In this document: positions 35,240 through 45,009 of the stretch, piece after piece
Layout: every line of letters starts with the position of its first letter
How positions within the stretch are numbered: position 1 is the first letter of the stretch
DNA from: Candidatus Dojkabacteria bacterium UBA2259
GTDB taxonomy: Bacteria; Patescibacteriota; Dojkabacteria; SC72
DNA length: 55,105 nt
NCBI GenBank assembly: GCA_002347605.1
Contig: DDXN01000013.1
Span: 1-55,105 of the forward strand
Reading direction: 5' to 3'
Notes under the pieces: generated by a model
What the model saw: the letters and a program-made list of their open reading frames with translations, nothing else
Told to the model about the DNA's origin: nothing
Database searches by the model: none
Made by a program: the position numbers and the translations under genes

Positions 35240-36514
35240 ATGATAGATATAAAAAGGATAATTGAGCAAAGAGAAGAAGTTGAGAAAGGATTATCCAAGA
35301 GGATGAAAAAAGAGGATATGCATCTTGATGAGATAGTCAATCTCTACCAACAAAAAAGAGAGATTCTTAAAGAGTATGAAGCTAAAAGAGCTCAGCAGAA
35401 GAGTTTTAATGGGAGGATGTCTAAAACAGAAAAAAGTTCAGAGGAGTTTAAGACGTTAATAGTAGATTTAAAAACACTTTCATCAAATGTTAAGGGTTTA
35501 GAGAGTAAGTTAAATGCAATAGACAGCCAATTGACAAAGTTGATGGAGGTACTACCTAATGTTCCTGATGAGGATGTTGTAGCTGGAGAGAAAGAGGCAA
35601 ATGAGGTAATAAAGGTAGTTGGAGAGAAACCTGTATTCAATTTTGAGATTAAAGATCATGTACAGTTAGGTAATAGTTTGAAACTTTTTGATTTTGCCAA
35701 AGCAAGTAAGTTGTCTGGAAATAATTTTGCGATGTACACAGGAATGGGTGCAAGATTGGAGTGGGCTTTACTTAACTATTTTGTAGATGAGCATATTAAG
35801 GATGGGTATGAGATGATACTTCCTCCACATATAGTTGGTGATCAATCAGGGTATACTGCAGGTCAACTTCCAAAATTTAAAGAGGATGTGTATTGGTTAA
35901 AAGAGGAGAATCAATTTTTGATTCCTACATCTGAGACATCTCTTACCAATCTTTTTAGGGATGAGATATTAGAGGAGAGAGATTTACCTAAGAAGTTTTT
36001 CGCATATTCTCCTTGTTACAGAAGAGAAGCAGGTAGTTACAGAGCTAATGAAAAGGGTCTAATTAGAGTTCATCAGTTTAACAAGGTTGAGATGTATCAG
36101 TTTACAACTAAACAAGGATCCCAAAAAGCGTTTGAGGAGTTAGTATTAAAATCAGAAAGTCTAGTAGCAGGATTGGGATTACATTACAGAGTAAGTAAAC
36201 TAGCTGCTGGAGATTGCTCTGCTGGTGCTGCTAAGACATATGATATTGAGGCATGGCTACCAGCCATAGGGCAATACTACGAAGTAAGCTCTGTTTCTAA
36301 TGTTAGGGAGTATCAGTCTCGAAGGGGTAATATGAGATACAAACCCAGTGATGGGGGTAAGACAGAGTATATGAGTACACTAAATGCTTCTGGATTGGCT
36401 ACAAGTAGATTGATGGTTGCATTAGTAGAATCATATCAGCAGGAGGATGGTAGTATATTGATTCCAGAGGTTTTGAGGAAATATATAGGGGTAGATAAAA
36501 TAGAAAAGGAGTAG
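35240..36514 (+). CDS. serS: Serine-tRNA ligase
   Basis: N-terminal coiled-coil arm; FAYSPCYRREAGS, VHQFNKVEMY and NASGLATSR. Confidence 0.93.
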   Translation: MIDIKRIIEQREEVEKGLSKRMKKEDMHLDEIVNLYQQKREILKEYEAKRAQQKSFNGRMSKTEKSSEEFKTLIVDLKTLSSNVKGLESKLNAIDSQLTKLMEVLPNVPDEDVVAGEKEANEVIKVVGEKPVFNFEIKDHVQLGNSLKLFDFAKASKLSGNNFAMYTGMGARLEWALLNYFVDEHIKDGYEMILPPHIVGDQSGYTAGQLPKFKEDVYWLKEENQFLIPTSETSLTNLFRDEILEERDLPKKFFAYSPCYRREAGSYRANEKGLIRVHQFNKVEMYQFTTKQGSQKAFEELVLKSESLVAGLGLHYRVSKLAAGDCSAGAAKTYDIEAWLPAIGQYYEVSSVSNVREYQSRRGNMRYKPSDGGKTEYMSTLNASGLATSRLMVALVESYQQEDGSILIPEVLRKYIGVDKIEKE

Positions 36515-36515
36515 T

Positions 36516-37076
36516 ATGAGTTACTTTTTAGGTTTTGTACCTAATCAAGAGTCTAATTACAAAATACGGAAAGTATTAGGAGAGATAAGTATAATATTTG
36601 ATGATTTTAGTATCCCTGTTAGATGGGTTAAACCGAATACATTCCATATTACTCTGTACTATCTTGGAGAGAGGCTTTCCTTTCTAAACAGAATTCTCAT
36701 AAAAAGGAAAATATCAAAGATACCCTTTAAGAAAATAGATATATCTTTTGGAACTGTTAAAGTAGGGATATCTAGAAGTTACAAAGAGTTAGTGTATCTT
36801 GATGTGAAAGATGGCGGAGCCCAATTAAGAGAGTTACTCCTAGAGGTTAGGAAGTATATAGGGGGGAAGGATTCCTCTATTTTTGTTCCCCATCTTACAA
36901 TTGGGAGAATAAGTAAGGATCTTTCTAAGGAAGAGCACAGGAATGTTGCTAATGATGTTGCTAGGTTATCAAAAAAACTAAATTTAAGTGATATTAAATT
37001 TACAATAGAAAATATCTATTTAATCAAAAGTAAGAGTGGTACTTACTCTTTGGAAATGAAGTTTGATGCTTGCTGA
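36516..37076 (+). CDS. thpR: RNA 2',3'-cyclic phosphodiesterase / 2'-5' RNA ligase family (2H)
   Basis: Two HxT motifs: FHITLYYLG and PHLTIGR. Confidence 0.8.
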   Translation: MSYFLGFVPNQESNYKIRKVLGEISIIFDDFSIPVRWVKPNTFHITLYYLGERLSFLNRILIKRKISKIPFKKIDISFGTVKVGISRSYKELVYLDVKDGGAQLRELLLEVRKYIGGKDSSIFVPHLTIGRISKDLSKEEHRNVANDVARLSKKLNLSDIKFTIENIYLIKSKSGTYSLEMKFDAC

Positions 37077-37927
37077 AGCATCTGTGCATAGCTATCTGTC
37101 CAGATACTACTTTTGTTTCTTCTAAACCATGTCTTCTGTCTTTTAATATATGACATAGTATTTCTAAATATATTCTCTTTTACATCTTCAAGGGATATCC
37201 TTTTTTCAAAGTACTCTTTAAATTCAATATATCCAATGCTATTCATCCCTTTGTCTTTGTAGGTATAACCTTTTTTAAGAAGAGTGATATTCTCCTTGAG
37301 TAACCCATCTTTAAACATTTTTTCTACTCTTGCTCTTACTTTTTTCTTGAGTAGCTCTTTGTTCATATCTATTACAAAATATATACTATTCAGCTCTTTA
37401 CCTCTTTTTCTATTCACACCACCCATTTCTATTCCCCTTATCAATCTATGCTTGTTATACCTATCACTTTTGTTCATATTGTTAAGAAAGTCTTTTGCAA
37501 TGTATTGTAACTCTTCCAATGTTTTTAGTTTTAAATCTTCAACCTCTTTTCTGTTTTCTACTAAGTCATAATTAAATATGACACTGTCAATATACAAACC
37601 ACTACCACCAACAAGTATAGGTATACCTTTCTCATTTTGTAGAATTTTTGCAACAGCACTCTGATACTCATAGAGGGAGAAATTCTCCTTTAAATCAACA
37701 AAATCATAGAGGCAGTGCTTAATACCTTCTAACATATATATACCATTTGAAATCTTTTCATCGAATTTTGGTTTAGCACTACCAATATCTAAATCTTTGT
37801 ATAACTGTCTTGAATCTCCATTAATAATGTATCCATGAATATCTTTGGCCAGTTTTAATGCGATATCTGATTTACCTGATGCAGAAGGACCTGCTATTAC
37901 AACTATCTTCCCTTCGTAGCGTATCAT
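37043..37927 (-). CDS. miaA: tRNA dimethylallyltransferase
   Basis: P-loop IAGPSASGKS, GDSRQLYK.LDIGSAKP and GGSGLYI. Confidence 0.9.
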   Translation of the reverse strand: MIRYEGKIVVIAGPSASGKSDIALKLAKDIHGYIINGDSRQLYKDLDIGSAKPKFDEKISNGIYMLEGIKHCLYDFVDLKENFSLYEYQSAVAKILQNEKGIPILVGGSGLYIDSVIFNYDLVENRKEVEDLKLKTLEELQYIAKDFLNNMNKSDRYNKHRLIRGIEMGGVNRKRGKELNSIYFVIDMNKELLKKKVRARVEKMFKDGLLKENITLLKKGYTYKDKGMNSIGYIEFKEYFEKRISLEDVKENIFRNTMSYIKRQKTWFRRNKSSIWTDSYAQMLQQASNFISKE

Positions 37928-38436
37928 CGCAGGATATATTTAGAGATACCGTATGTAATCCATACAGTAAATACGGCTGAGAGTATGGATATTGATACTA
38001 CTGCAACTGTTTGTGGTGAGAGGAACAGTAGTGTTGAGAAACCAAGTAAGATTAAGAATACTGTTTGTTTAATTGAATCAGAGAAATACGGTTTTCTAAT
38101 TGTAGATATCTTAAATCCTTTAGCATTTCTTTTTGATATATACAAACCAACTAATATACCTAAGTTAGAGACGAGAAGTATTGATGATATTACTGGTACC
38201 ATTTTAAAGATCTCAGATATATGTATTTTAAATATTAAGTTGATTAACATCATCCCTAAGAAATTGAAAAGAGAAAGAGAGACAAATGATATGAAAGAAA
38301 GAAGGAGTATCTTTTTGTTTCTTGTTGACCAGTATATTGCAACAAGAGATACAGAGAGTATCACGAAAAGAAGTGAAAGCTCTATGTTCCTTTCATATAT
38401 ACTCCAATTTTGTGATATTTGTTGTATTAAGTTCAT
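37924..38436 (-). CDS. Polytopic membrane protein (about 5 TM segments), unknown
   Basis: 170-aa hydrophobic ORF. ATGA-type overlaps with both neighbours. Confidence 0.5.
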   Translation of the reverse strand: MNLIQQISQNWSIYERNIELSLLFVILSVSLVAIYWSTRNKKILLLSFISFVSLSLFNFLGMMLINLIFKIHISEIFKMVPVISSILLVSNLGILVGLYISKRNAKGFKISTIRKPYFSDSIKQTVFLILLGFSTLLFLSPQTVAVVSISILSAVFTVWITYGISKYILR

Positions 38437-39683
38437 ATTTTTAGAGATTTTCTAACATTAGATACATAATAGGTGGTAAGAAGAAGGAAGAGATTAGAAA
38501 GGATCATCAAGATTAAGAGATCATTGGTAAATATTTTTACATATCCAGAACCTAGAATAATGCATCCAAGGGATATCAATACAAGTAGGATTGTTACAAA
38601 GATTCTAGATTCAACATTTTCAGTAATTATTCTGATTATTGCAACTATTGTAATTATCTCTAAAGCTAGTAAAAATATATCGACAGGAGTATTAGAGATC
38701 TTAAGATATGCTATCCATCCAGCTACCGTGATTACAGTAGAGACTCCAGACCTAACCAATATATCTTTTGGAGTTTTCTCTATGAAGAGTAGATATATAT
38801 ATATCGCTATTATTGCTACCATTATCCCTGCTGTAAGTTTGATGTAATCTATCTCTGCACTTTCTACAACTGTTTCCTCTTCAGTAACTGTGGAGTATGA
38901 AAGTGGGAGTATACCCGAGTTATACAAAACACTTGCTACATCAGCAGACTCTTTCTCTGTAGATGAAACTGATACTGCAAAGATATTCTGATCTGTAGAT
39001 ACCTGTACTGGTGTTACAAAACCATCAATACTAACTCCTACTGTTTGTCCCGAGTAATCATTTAAAAATGTATCCCAATCTTTCTCCCATGTCCATGTTT
39101 TAAATAGTGCAAAGTAGGAGTATTCACCTGCAGAATTTTTTAATTGTGTAACATATACATTTCTAAAAGTTTCTCTTGTGAATTCCGTTGTATTGTAATT
39201 TTCAGCAAGGTAGGGGATTAGAGGGTTTTCTGTATCTTCGTAGTTAACATCGTCTTTTTTTGTCACGATGTTAACAATAAAGGGGGACTTTACTAAAGCA
39301 TCCACAAGCTCTTTGCTCTTTGATGTTTGAACTGACACCTCAAGGAAGTGCTGGCCATCTTTCTCATATGAGCGTATTGATGACTGTTCAACTCCAAATG
39401 TTCTTAATCTTTTTTGTAATATTGATTTAGTTTTTTCAATATCTTGATCTATTTTAGGATTGTTTTCAGTTATTAGCTGTAGTGTGTATTCTTTTGCCCA
39501 ATACAATCTATTTTTAGTTGTTAAATCATAGGAGGCAAGGGAAGTTACTCTCTCACTTAAGGGTAGGGCTATTAATATTAAAGCTAGTATGACGGAGCTA
39601 ATGAGTATTGATATTAAGTATGTGAATATCCCTTTTGTATTAAATTTCTTAATCTTTATTTTTGGGAGTTTAAATTTCTTCAT
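38433..39683 (-). CDS. Membrane protein with SecD-like topology (1 TM + large exo-domain + 5 TM), divergent
   Basis: ILQKRLRTFGVEQSSIRSYEKDGQHFLEVSV resembles the SecD P1-head segment. The canonical DANV..FERIREE motif is not evident. Confidence 0.4.
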   Translation of the reverse strand: MKKFKLPKIKIKKFNTKGIFTYLISILISSVILALILIALPLSERVTSLASYDLTTKNRLYWAKEYTLQLITENNPKIDQDIEKTKSILQKRLRTFGVEQSSIRSYEKDGQHFLEVSVQTSKSKELVDALVKSPFIVNIVTKKDDVNYEDTENPLIPYLAENYNTTEFTRETFRNVYVTQLKNSAGEYSYFALFKTWTWEKDWDTFLNDYSGQTVGVSIDGFVTPVQVSTDQNIFAVSVSSTEKESADVASVLYNSGILPLSYSTVTEEETVVESAEIDYIKLTAGIMVAIIAIYIYLLFIEKTPKDILVRSGVSTVITVAGWIAYLKISNTPVDIFLLALEIITIVAIIRIITENVESRIFVTILLVLISLGCIILGSGYVKIFTNDLLILMILSNLFLLLTTYYVSNVRKSLKI

Positions 39684-39684
39684 A

Positions 39685-40317
39685 CTAAATCAAATCAGAA
39701 TCTCTTCCAAGTAATATCACTTTATCACCACCTAAAGCATTTATTAATATTGGGTCCCTTTTCTTTTTCCCAAATTCAAAATCTTCTACTTTCATTGCTG
39801 CGAACTTAATTACTCTCTCCATTTCTTTTTCAAGTGCACTAACAGCTAGGGAGAGCTCTCGTACTTTCATATCACCGATAAAGAGCATATCTATATCTGT
39901 TTTTTCTGGATATTTATTTTTTAAGAATGCTTCTGTAACTAAAGCAACCTTTATACCTTCAATAGGGAAGAGTTTGTCGTAGAGGATTTTTCCTGTTTCA
40001 GACTGTTTAAAAAACATAGACCTCAAATCCCAAACAATTGAGCAATCTTTGTTTATGGTGTACATGATTTTGTTACCATCTTTTTTGGAGGTAAGTAGTC
40101 CAACTCTTTTTAGACTAAGTAGCTCTCTTCTTACAGCATTAATTTCTTCTCCGAGCTCTCTGACTAGTCCTCTTACATGGTAGGACTTATTAACATCTTC
40201 CATGTACTTTGCGAGTACTCTAATTCTTACTTTTGATATGAATAGACTTTTAAGCATTTCCCCTTTATTAAATATATTAAATAGGTCTGATAGACCATGG
40301 GGCAATTTATTGCTCAA
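39685..40317 (-). CDS. Winged-helix (ArsR-like) transcriptional regulator with a C-terminal domain
   Basis: YHVRGLVRELGEEINAVRRELLSLKRVGLLTSKKDGNKIMYTIN looks like a wHTH. Confidence 0.5.
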   Translation of the reverse strand: MSNKLPHGLSDLFNIFNKGEMLKSLFISKVRIRVLAKYMEDVNKSYHVRGLVRELGEEINAVRRELLSLKRVGLLTSKKDGNKIMYTINKDCSIVWDLRSMFFKQSETGKILYDKLFPIEGIKVALVTEAFLKNKYPEKTDIDMLFIGDMKVRELSLAVSALEKEMERVIKFAAMKVEDFEFGKKKRDPILINALGGDKVILLGRDSDLI

Positions 40318-41611
40318 TTATATCAAATTTTCCGACAGAGCGAGGGATTACTGAGATCCAAGTTCTTCCTCTATTAAAAAGTACCTCGTTATTACTGCTA
40401 TCATAGTATGTAGTTCTGTCTGTTCTAGCAGTCTTTTTCCATGTTCCTGATGTAATTTTTCCATCCATTAAATAGGTAGCTTTTCCTTCCCCAATTGTAG
40501 TTAATATTATTCTTCCTTTGTTGTCATTTGCAGAAGCATATGTTACTTCTTGGAGAATTAGGTTTTTTGCGTATACCTGTGTATTCGTTTCTTGGTCTAT
40601 GAGGGGCTTTCCTCCTGTTTCTAAAAGGTAAGTATTACTCTTTGGGTCATATGTCCATACTGTATTGTACAATCCAGAGTTATTTAATCTAATATGGAAA
40701 GAAACCTTTACTTTTGTCTTTAGACCTCTGTTTGCAACAGTTGCATCTTTTTTAAATTTCCAGGCTTCCACATCTGGCATACTGTCCCAATTACGATCCT
40801 GCGCGTATTCCCATGCAGTAAAAAGGGAAGAGTATTCATTGTGAGGAGCATATCTTACTCCATCATCCCACCTCCATGCACCTCTTGTTGCTATGTTTTT
40901 AATTTTGTATGTATATATATTTCCACAAGCGTTTGTTTTTGGATTATCAGTTTTAGCACAGCCATCATAGATGTACAGAGGGTCATATGGACTTAACCAT
41001 TCAAGATAGTACTGTCTTGCACTTCTAATTGGGCCAACCTTTTTAGGTGCATCACTCCAAAAGATTGCTAGAAATCTTGTAATACCTCCCTCTGCTAAAG
41101 CTTCAAATACAACATCTGCACTATTTAATCCAGATTGTGGTCTAGCATCAGCGTGATTATTTATCATTACAGCAACAGGCCTTCTTGTTTTTAATTTTGT
41201 CATCTCTGCTTTTGTAAAGAGTGTTCCATTAACTGGACTAGGTTCTGTTTTAGGTTCAGATGGTTGAGGAATTGGAATGGGTATGGGAAGAGATTTAGTA
41301 GGTAAGGAAAGTATATATTCATTAGTTAGATTAATTAATTCTGATGGCTTTGTATATGGTTTGTACTTGTATATCCCAAAATAGTAAAAGACCCCTATCC
41401 CAATTAGCAGTAAGAGGGCAGTACAAGAGAGAGCAATGATTAATTTCTTTTTTTTAGGATCCATTGGAGTTTTCTCTTTAACTTTCTTCTCTGGTTCTAC
41501 TAAGGGTGTGTCCTGCACAACTAGGTTTGTTTTCTCAACTAATGTTTCAGCCTTTTTCTTAGGTTTAATTTTCTTCTGTTTTGTGTCTGATATATTTAAT
41601 TCTTTTTTCAT
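40307..41611 (-). CDS. DUF3048 (YerB-like) domain protein, membrane-anchored
   Basis: RRPVAVMINNHADARPQSGLNSADVVFEALAEGGITRFLAIF is the DUF3048 N-terminal signature. An N-terminal TM segment is present. Confidence 0.75.
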   Translation of the reverse strand: MKKELNISDTKQKKIKPKKKAETLVEKTNLVVQDTPLVEPEKKVKEKTPMDPKKKKLIIALSCTALLLLIGIGVFYYFGIYKYKPYTKPSELINLTNEYILSLPTKSLPIPIPIPQPSEPKTEPSPVNGTLFTKAEMTKLKTRRPVAVMINNHADARPQSGLNSADVVFEALAEGGITRFLAIFWSDAPKKVGPIRSARQYYLEWLSPYDPLYIYDGCAKTDNPKTNACGNIYTYKIKNIATRGAWRWDDGVRYAPHNEYSSLFTAWEYAQDRNWDSMPDVEAWKFKKDATVANRGLKTKVKVSFHIRLNNSGLYNTVWTYDPKSNTYLLETGGKPLIDQETNTQVYAKNLILQEVTYASANDNKGRIILTTIGEGKATYLMDGKITSGTWKKTARTDRTTYYDSSNNEVLFNRGRTWISVIPRSVGKFDIIEQ

Positions 41612-41712
41612 TTGTATGCATATAATTTAGCATTTGATTGACATAATGTTAATCCTTTTTAAAAAATATGTATTGTGATAGTATAAATAGATATTAATTT
41701 AGTGCAATTAAT

Positions 41713-42705
41713 ATGAAAAAAAACATATTCATATATCTTGTTGTATTACTTTTGAGTACTCTGTTGTTAACAGGATGTACTAAAAAAGACGTCCAAGAAG
41801 ATCCAGTTGTTACAGAGCAGGAGGAAGAAGTGGAAACAGAGGAGGAAGTTGAAACAGAGGAGGAAGAGGAGCCTGTTAGCTTAGAGGGTTTTACTAAATT
41901 GAAGCAGACCTTGGGAGAGGCTAGTGATTTTGAGTACAAAGTAGAAAATATTACTGGGGAGGCTAAGGATGCATATTATGAGTTAAAGTTTACACTTAGT
42001 TCTACTCAAGAGGGTGTTGTAATTCCTTTGTTTACAGTTGAACCAATACTTTCTAAAGGTGTTTACAGAGTTTCTCTTACCAATATTTTCCATGATACCA
42101 ATGTTATAACTCATAGCAAAGGGATTAGTATAAACAAGGGTGCTATTACTGGTCTTACAAGGATAGTAACAGATTCAGATACTACAAGGGCGTATGATAT
42201 TGGGATTTTAGGGAGTAATACTTTTAAACTAGAGATGAGTGATTCAAGTTCTGGTAGTTGGACATTTTCTGTTAAGGTCTCATATGATACAAAATACTCT
42301 CCTCCTACCATTGATTATGGGAGCACAGAGTTTTCTTCTACTGATCAAGAGATTGAAGGGATGAGTGCATCTGATGGTGCAAAGATTACAGATTATTCAT
42401 ATTTGTATTCTGGTGGAGTAGTGAAATTTTCAATAGAGGTAGCAAGTGGTGCTTCTAACCCTATTCCTTCAGTTACTGCCGGATATGACAGTGAGGGTGT
42501 ATTAGTTGTTACATTCCCATCTCTTTCTCAAGACAAAGTTTCAACATGGGGTAGTACAATTTCTCTTCCAGCAGGGGTATCTCTTGCAATATCTAGATCT
42601 GGAGAGTCTTCAGTGTACAGGTTTAGTGGTATTAGTAACAAGAAACCATTTAAACTTAGTGCAACCCAGAGTCCCAACTTAGTGCTAGTTGAAATTGATG
42701 TATAA
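41713..42705 (+). CDS. Putative lipoprotein with an acidic linker
   Basis: Lipobox-like LLLTGC after a signal peptide. E/V/T repeats (EEEVETEEEVETEEEEE). Confidence 0.6.
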   Translation: MKKNIFIYLVVLLLSTLLLTGCTKKDVQEDPVVTEQEEEVETEEEVETEEEEEPVSLEGFTKLKQTLGEASDFEYKVENITGEAKDAYYELKFTLSSTQEGVVIPLFTVEPILSKGVYRVSLTNIFHDTNVITHSKGISINKGAITGLTRIVTDSDTTRAYDIGILGSNTFKLEMSDSSSGSWTFSVKVSYDTKYSPPTIDYGSTEFSSTDQEIEGMSASDGAKITDYSYLYSGGVVKFSIEVASGASNPIPSVTAGYDSEGVLVVTFPSLSQDKVSTWGSTISLPAGVSLAISRSGESSVYRFSGISNKKPFKLSATQSPNLVLVEIDV

Positions 42706-42725
42706 CTTGATACCTGTTTTAAGAA

Positions 42726-43307
42726 ATGTTAACTAGGGATAATATTGTTAAACTTTTAGATAGATATATTCATACAGAGTGGCTCAGGCTTCATATGAGA
42801 GAGAGTGAGGCTATTATGATTGGTGTAGCTTCTGAGTTAGGAGAGGATACTGTTTTTTGGGGTATGTCTGGTTTACTTCATGATTTAGATTTTGATTATG
42901 TAAACAAAGATCCAAGTAGGCATGTTGTTGAGTTTGATAATATTCTTAAAATCGAGAATCTAGAAGTTGGGAGGGATATCCCTGAGGATGTATATCATGC
43001 TATTAAATCTCATTATGAAGATCATCCAGATATTAAGCAAAAGAGAGAGAGTAAGATGGATTTCGCTCTAGCTGCAAGTGAGAATCTAAGTGGTTTTCTA
43101 GTAGCTTGTGCATTAGTACAACCAGACAAGAAAATTAATTCTGTTAAGGTGGAGTCAGTACTGAAAAAACTTAAGAAGAAAGATTTTGCGAAGGGAGTAA
43201 ATAGAGAGTATATATATGATATTGAGAAAGTAGGTATATCATTAGAGAGGTTTATACAGATAGCGTTAGATAGTATGATTGAGATTAGTGATGAGATTGG
43301 GCTTTAA
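42726..43307 (+). CDS. HD-domain phosphohydrolase-like protein
   Basis: H...HD pattern (LRLHMRESE ... GLLHDLDF) and a later H/D (HAIKSHYEDH). Confidence 0.6.
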   Translation: MLTRDNIVKLLDRYIHTEWLRLHMRESEAIMIGVASELGEDTVFWGMSGLLHDLDFDYVNKDPSRHVVEFDNILKIENLEVGRDIPEDVYHAIKSHYEDHPDIKQKRESKMDFALAASENLSGFLVACALVQPDKKINSVKVESVLKKLKKKDFAKGVNREYIYDIEKVGISLERFIQIALDSMIEISDEIGL

Positions 43308-43314
43308 CAAGTTT

Positions 43315-43623
43315 CTATGTTATTTCTTTCTTTTTTCTTTCAACAAACCTTATCTCTAAATCTTTCCCTAATGCGTTGGCTATTTGTATTAGTTTTGCTA
43401 TTGATACATTCCTCTTTCCTGTTTCTATTCTACTAATGGTACTACGAGGTAGACCAGATTTCATAGCTAGTTTGTCTTGTGTTAAGTTATGTTTTTTTCT
43501 TAATTCTTTTAGTTGTCTAATAGCTATTCTCTTTTCAGCTTCTACATTAATTTCTTCCATTTCCTGGGTAGTAAAATTTTCTTTACAAAAATCTTCGAAT
43601 GTTATTAATTTTCCCTTTTTCAT
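43315..43623 (-). CDS. higA: XRE-family HTH antitoxin (HigA-like)
   Basis: LRKKHNLTQDKLAMKSGLPRSTISRIETGKRNVSIAKLIQIANALG is an HTH_3 motif. It lies downstream of the toxin gene. Confidence 0.8.
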   Translation of the reverse strand: MKKGKLITFEDFCKENFTTQEMEEINVEAEKRIAIRQLKELRKKHNLTQDKLAMKSGLPRSTISRIETGKRNVSIAKLIQIANALGKDLEIRFVERKKKEIT

Positions 43624-43634
43624 ACCATTTTTTA

Positions 43635-43958
43635 CTAAATTAAACTTTGTTTTCTTTTTTTAGCCTTTTCTATTTCCCGTAAGGGTGTTTTCTGAATTTT
43701 CTTTTTAAAAGCACAGAGCAATAGTACGGAATCTTGTGTGTAACAGTATATACATCTGTATATTCCATTGTTTTTAATTCTCATTTCAAAAAGATCATGT
43801 CCTGACAATTTTCTTGCATTAGGATATTTAAGAACTCCATAATGAGCTAACTCTTTTATTAATTGAACAAATTCCTTTTGAATTGAATGAGGAAACCTTT
43901 TTATTTCCTTATCAGTATTGTATTCGAGAAGTATTTGCTTAGCATTATATTGTGCCAT
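43635..43958 (-). CDS. higB: RelE/ParE-superfamily toxin (HigB / Gp49-like)
   Basis: 107 aa, LFEMRIKNNGIYRCIYCY..DSVLLLCAFKKKIQKTPLREIEKAKKR, typical of Gp49/HigB toxins. The toxin-first gene order fits higBA. Confidence 0.75.
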   Translation of the reverse strand: MAQYNAKQILLEYNTDKEIKRFPHSIQKEFVQLIKELAHYGVLKYPNARKLSGHDLFEMRIKNNGIYRCIYCYTQDSVLLLCAFKKKIQKTPLREIEKAKKRKQSLI

Positions 43959-44043
43959 ATATACAACATTGTGTCAAGTTATACTATATATGATAATGAG
44001 TAAAGATTAAATATGTTTGAAAAGTTTAGTATAATGTCTTTTA

Positions 44044-44117
44044 CGGGGTGTAGTTCAGATGGCTAGAACGCTTGCATGGGGTGCAAGAGGTCGCTCGTTC
44101 AAGTCGAGTCACCCCGA
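44044..44117 (+). tRNA. tRNA-Pro (anticodon GGG), no encoded CCA
   Basis: Hand-folded: acceptor CGGGGTG/CACCCCG, D arm GTTC-AGATGGCTA-GAAC, anticodon stem CTTGC/GCAAG, loop ATGGGGT (G37), T arm GCTCG-TTCAAGT-CGAGT. Confidence 0.88.
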
Positions 44118-44119
44118 TT

Positions 44120-44761
44120 TTAATCAGGAGCTGTTAATTCCCCAATTGATACATCAAAGTCATATTTCAATAGGTTCATTACTGTATATCCTACACATCC
44201 AGTAGGAACATAGTTTTTTTCCAACCACTCTCTTGCAACAGGAAACTTATCTATATATTTAGGTATGTTATTAATAAATTCAAGTTGAATCTCTTCTTTG
44301 TCATACCTAACATCGAACTCTTCTAAAGCCTTCTCTAAGGGTTTGTTGACTAAGTAAAGACCAGAGACAATTACTACCTCTATTTTAGCTTCTGAGAATA
44401 TGTCTGCAAGTTTCTCCCAGTCCTTCCTTCCACCAGTTGGAGTTTCTTCTCCTCTCTTTGTCATAACTGTATATATTGTATACTCACCAAATTGAGATAT
44501 TTTGGAAAGTAGGGTTTTGTAATCGGAAGATTGTTGAAAAAACAGTAATGGGATATCTGTATCAAGGAGTCCCTTTATATATTCATCTCTTTGTTTTAAG
44601 TATCTTTTAGTTACATACCTTTTGTTTTCTGTTGGTGTTGTATCTTCGCTGTAGAATGGATGTACAAGAATATTCAACCTTCCATTTGAGGCTTTGCATT
44701 GCTTTATAAATTCCTCTCTTTCACTCTTTCTACTTTTTATTAATTTCACATCTTTTGTCAT
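44120..44761 (-). CDS. Hypothetical protein
   Basis: 213-aa ORF with no recognisable motif. Its stop lies 3 nt from the tRNA-Pro 3' end (convergent). Confidence 0.5.
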   Translation of the reverse strand: MTKDVKLIKSRKSEREEFIKQCKASNGRLNILVHPFYSEDTTPTENKRYVTKRYLKQRDEYIKGLLDTDIPLLFFQQSSDYKTLLSKISQFGEYTIYTVMTKRGEETPTGGRKDWEKLADIFSEAKIEVVIVSGLYLVNKPLEKALEEFDVRYDKEEIQLEFINNIPKYIDKFPVAREWLEKNYVPTGCVGYTVMNLLKYDFDVSIGELTAPD

Positions 44762-45009
44762 TTTTGGATTTTAACATTAATACATGTAGATATGAACAGT
44801 ATTAATCGTTATACTACAAGTTAGAATGCATTCAAAAGCATCAAATCGCCTTATAGTCTTTCTCTCTATCTTCCTTTTTTACCCAGTATTCACAATATAG
44901 TATGTATTACTAAGTGTATATATTTTAGGTATAACAATAATTTTCTGTACATTTAATGTATATATGTCATAGCATATATAGATATACTTAAATTGTCATT
45001 GTAATAATT

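Noticed and set aside
37985-38847. Two + strand ORFs (37985-38455 and 38473-38847)
   Set aside because: Both are antisense to the hydrophobic minus-strand membrane genes, which are translationally coupled to miaA. AT-rich membrane genes commonly yield open antisense frames.
41818-41872. Short tandem GAG/GAA/GTN/GAA/ACA repeats
   Set aside because: There are only about 2.5 imperfect 18-nt units, and they encode an acidic linker (EEEVETEEEVETEEEEE) inside the lipoprotein gene. It is not an independent repeat element.
44826-44900. 24-aa hydrophobic mini-ORF (MHSKASNRLIVFLSIFLFYPVFTI), considered as a type I toxin
   Set aside because: No RBS, no recognisable antisense RNA partner or flanking structure, and T-rich spacer readily produces such frames. 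It would need expression data.
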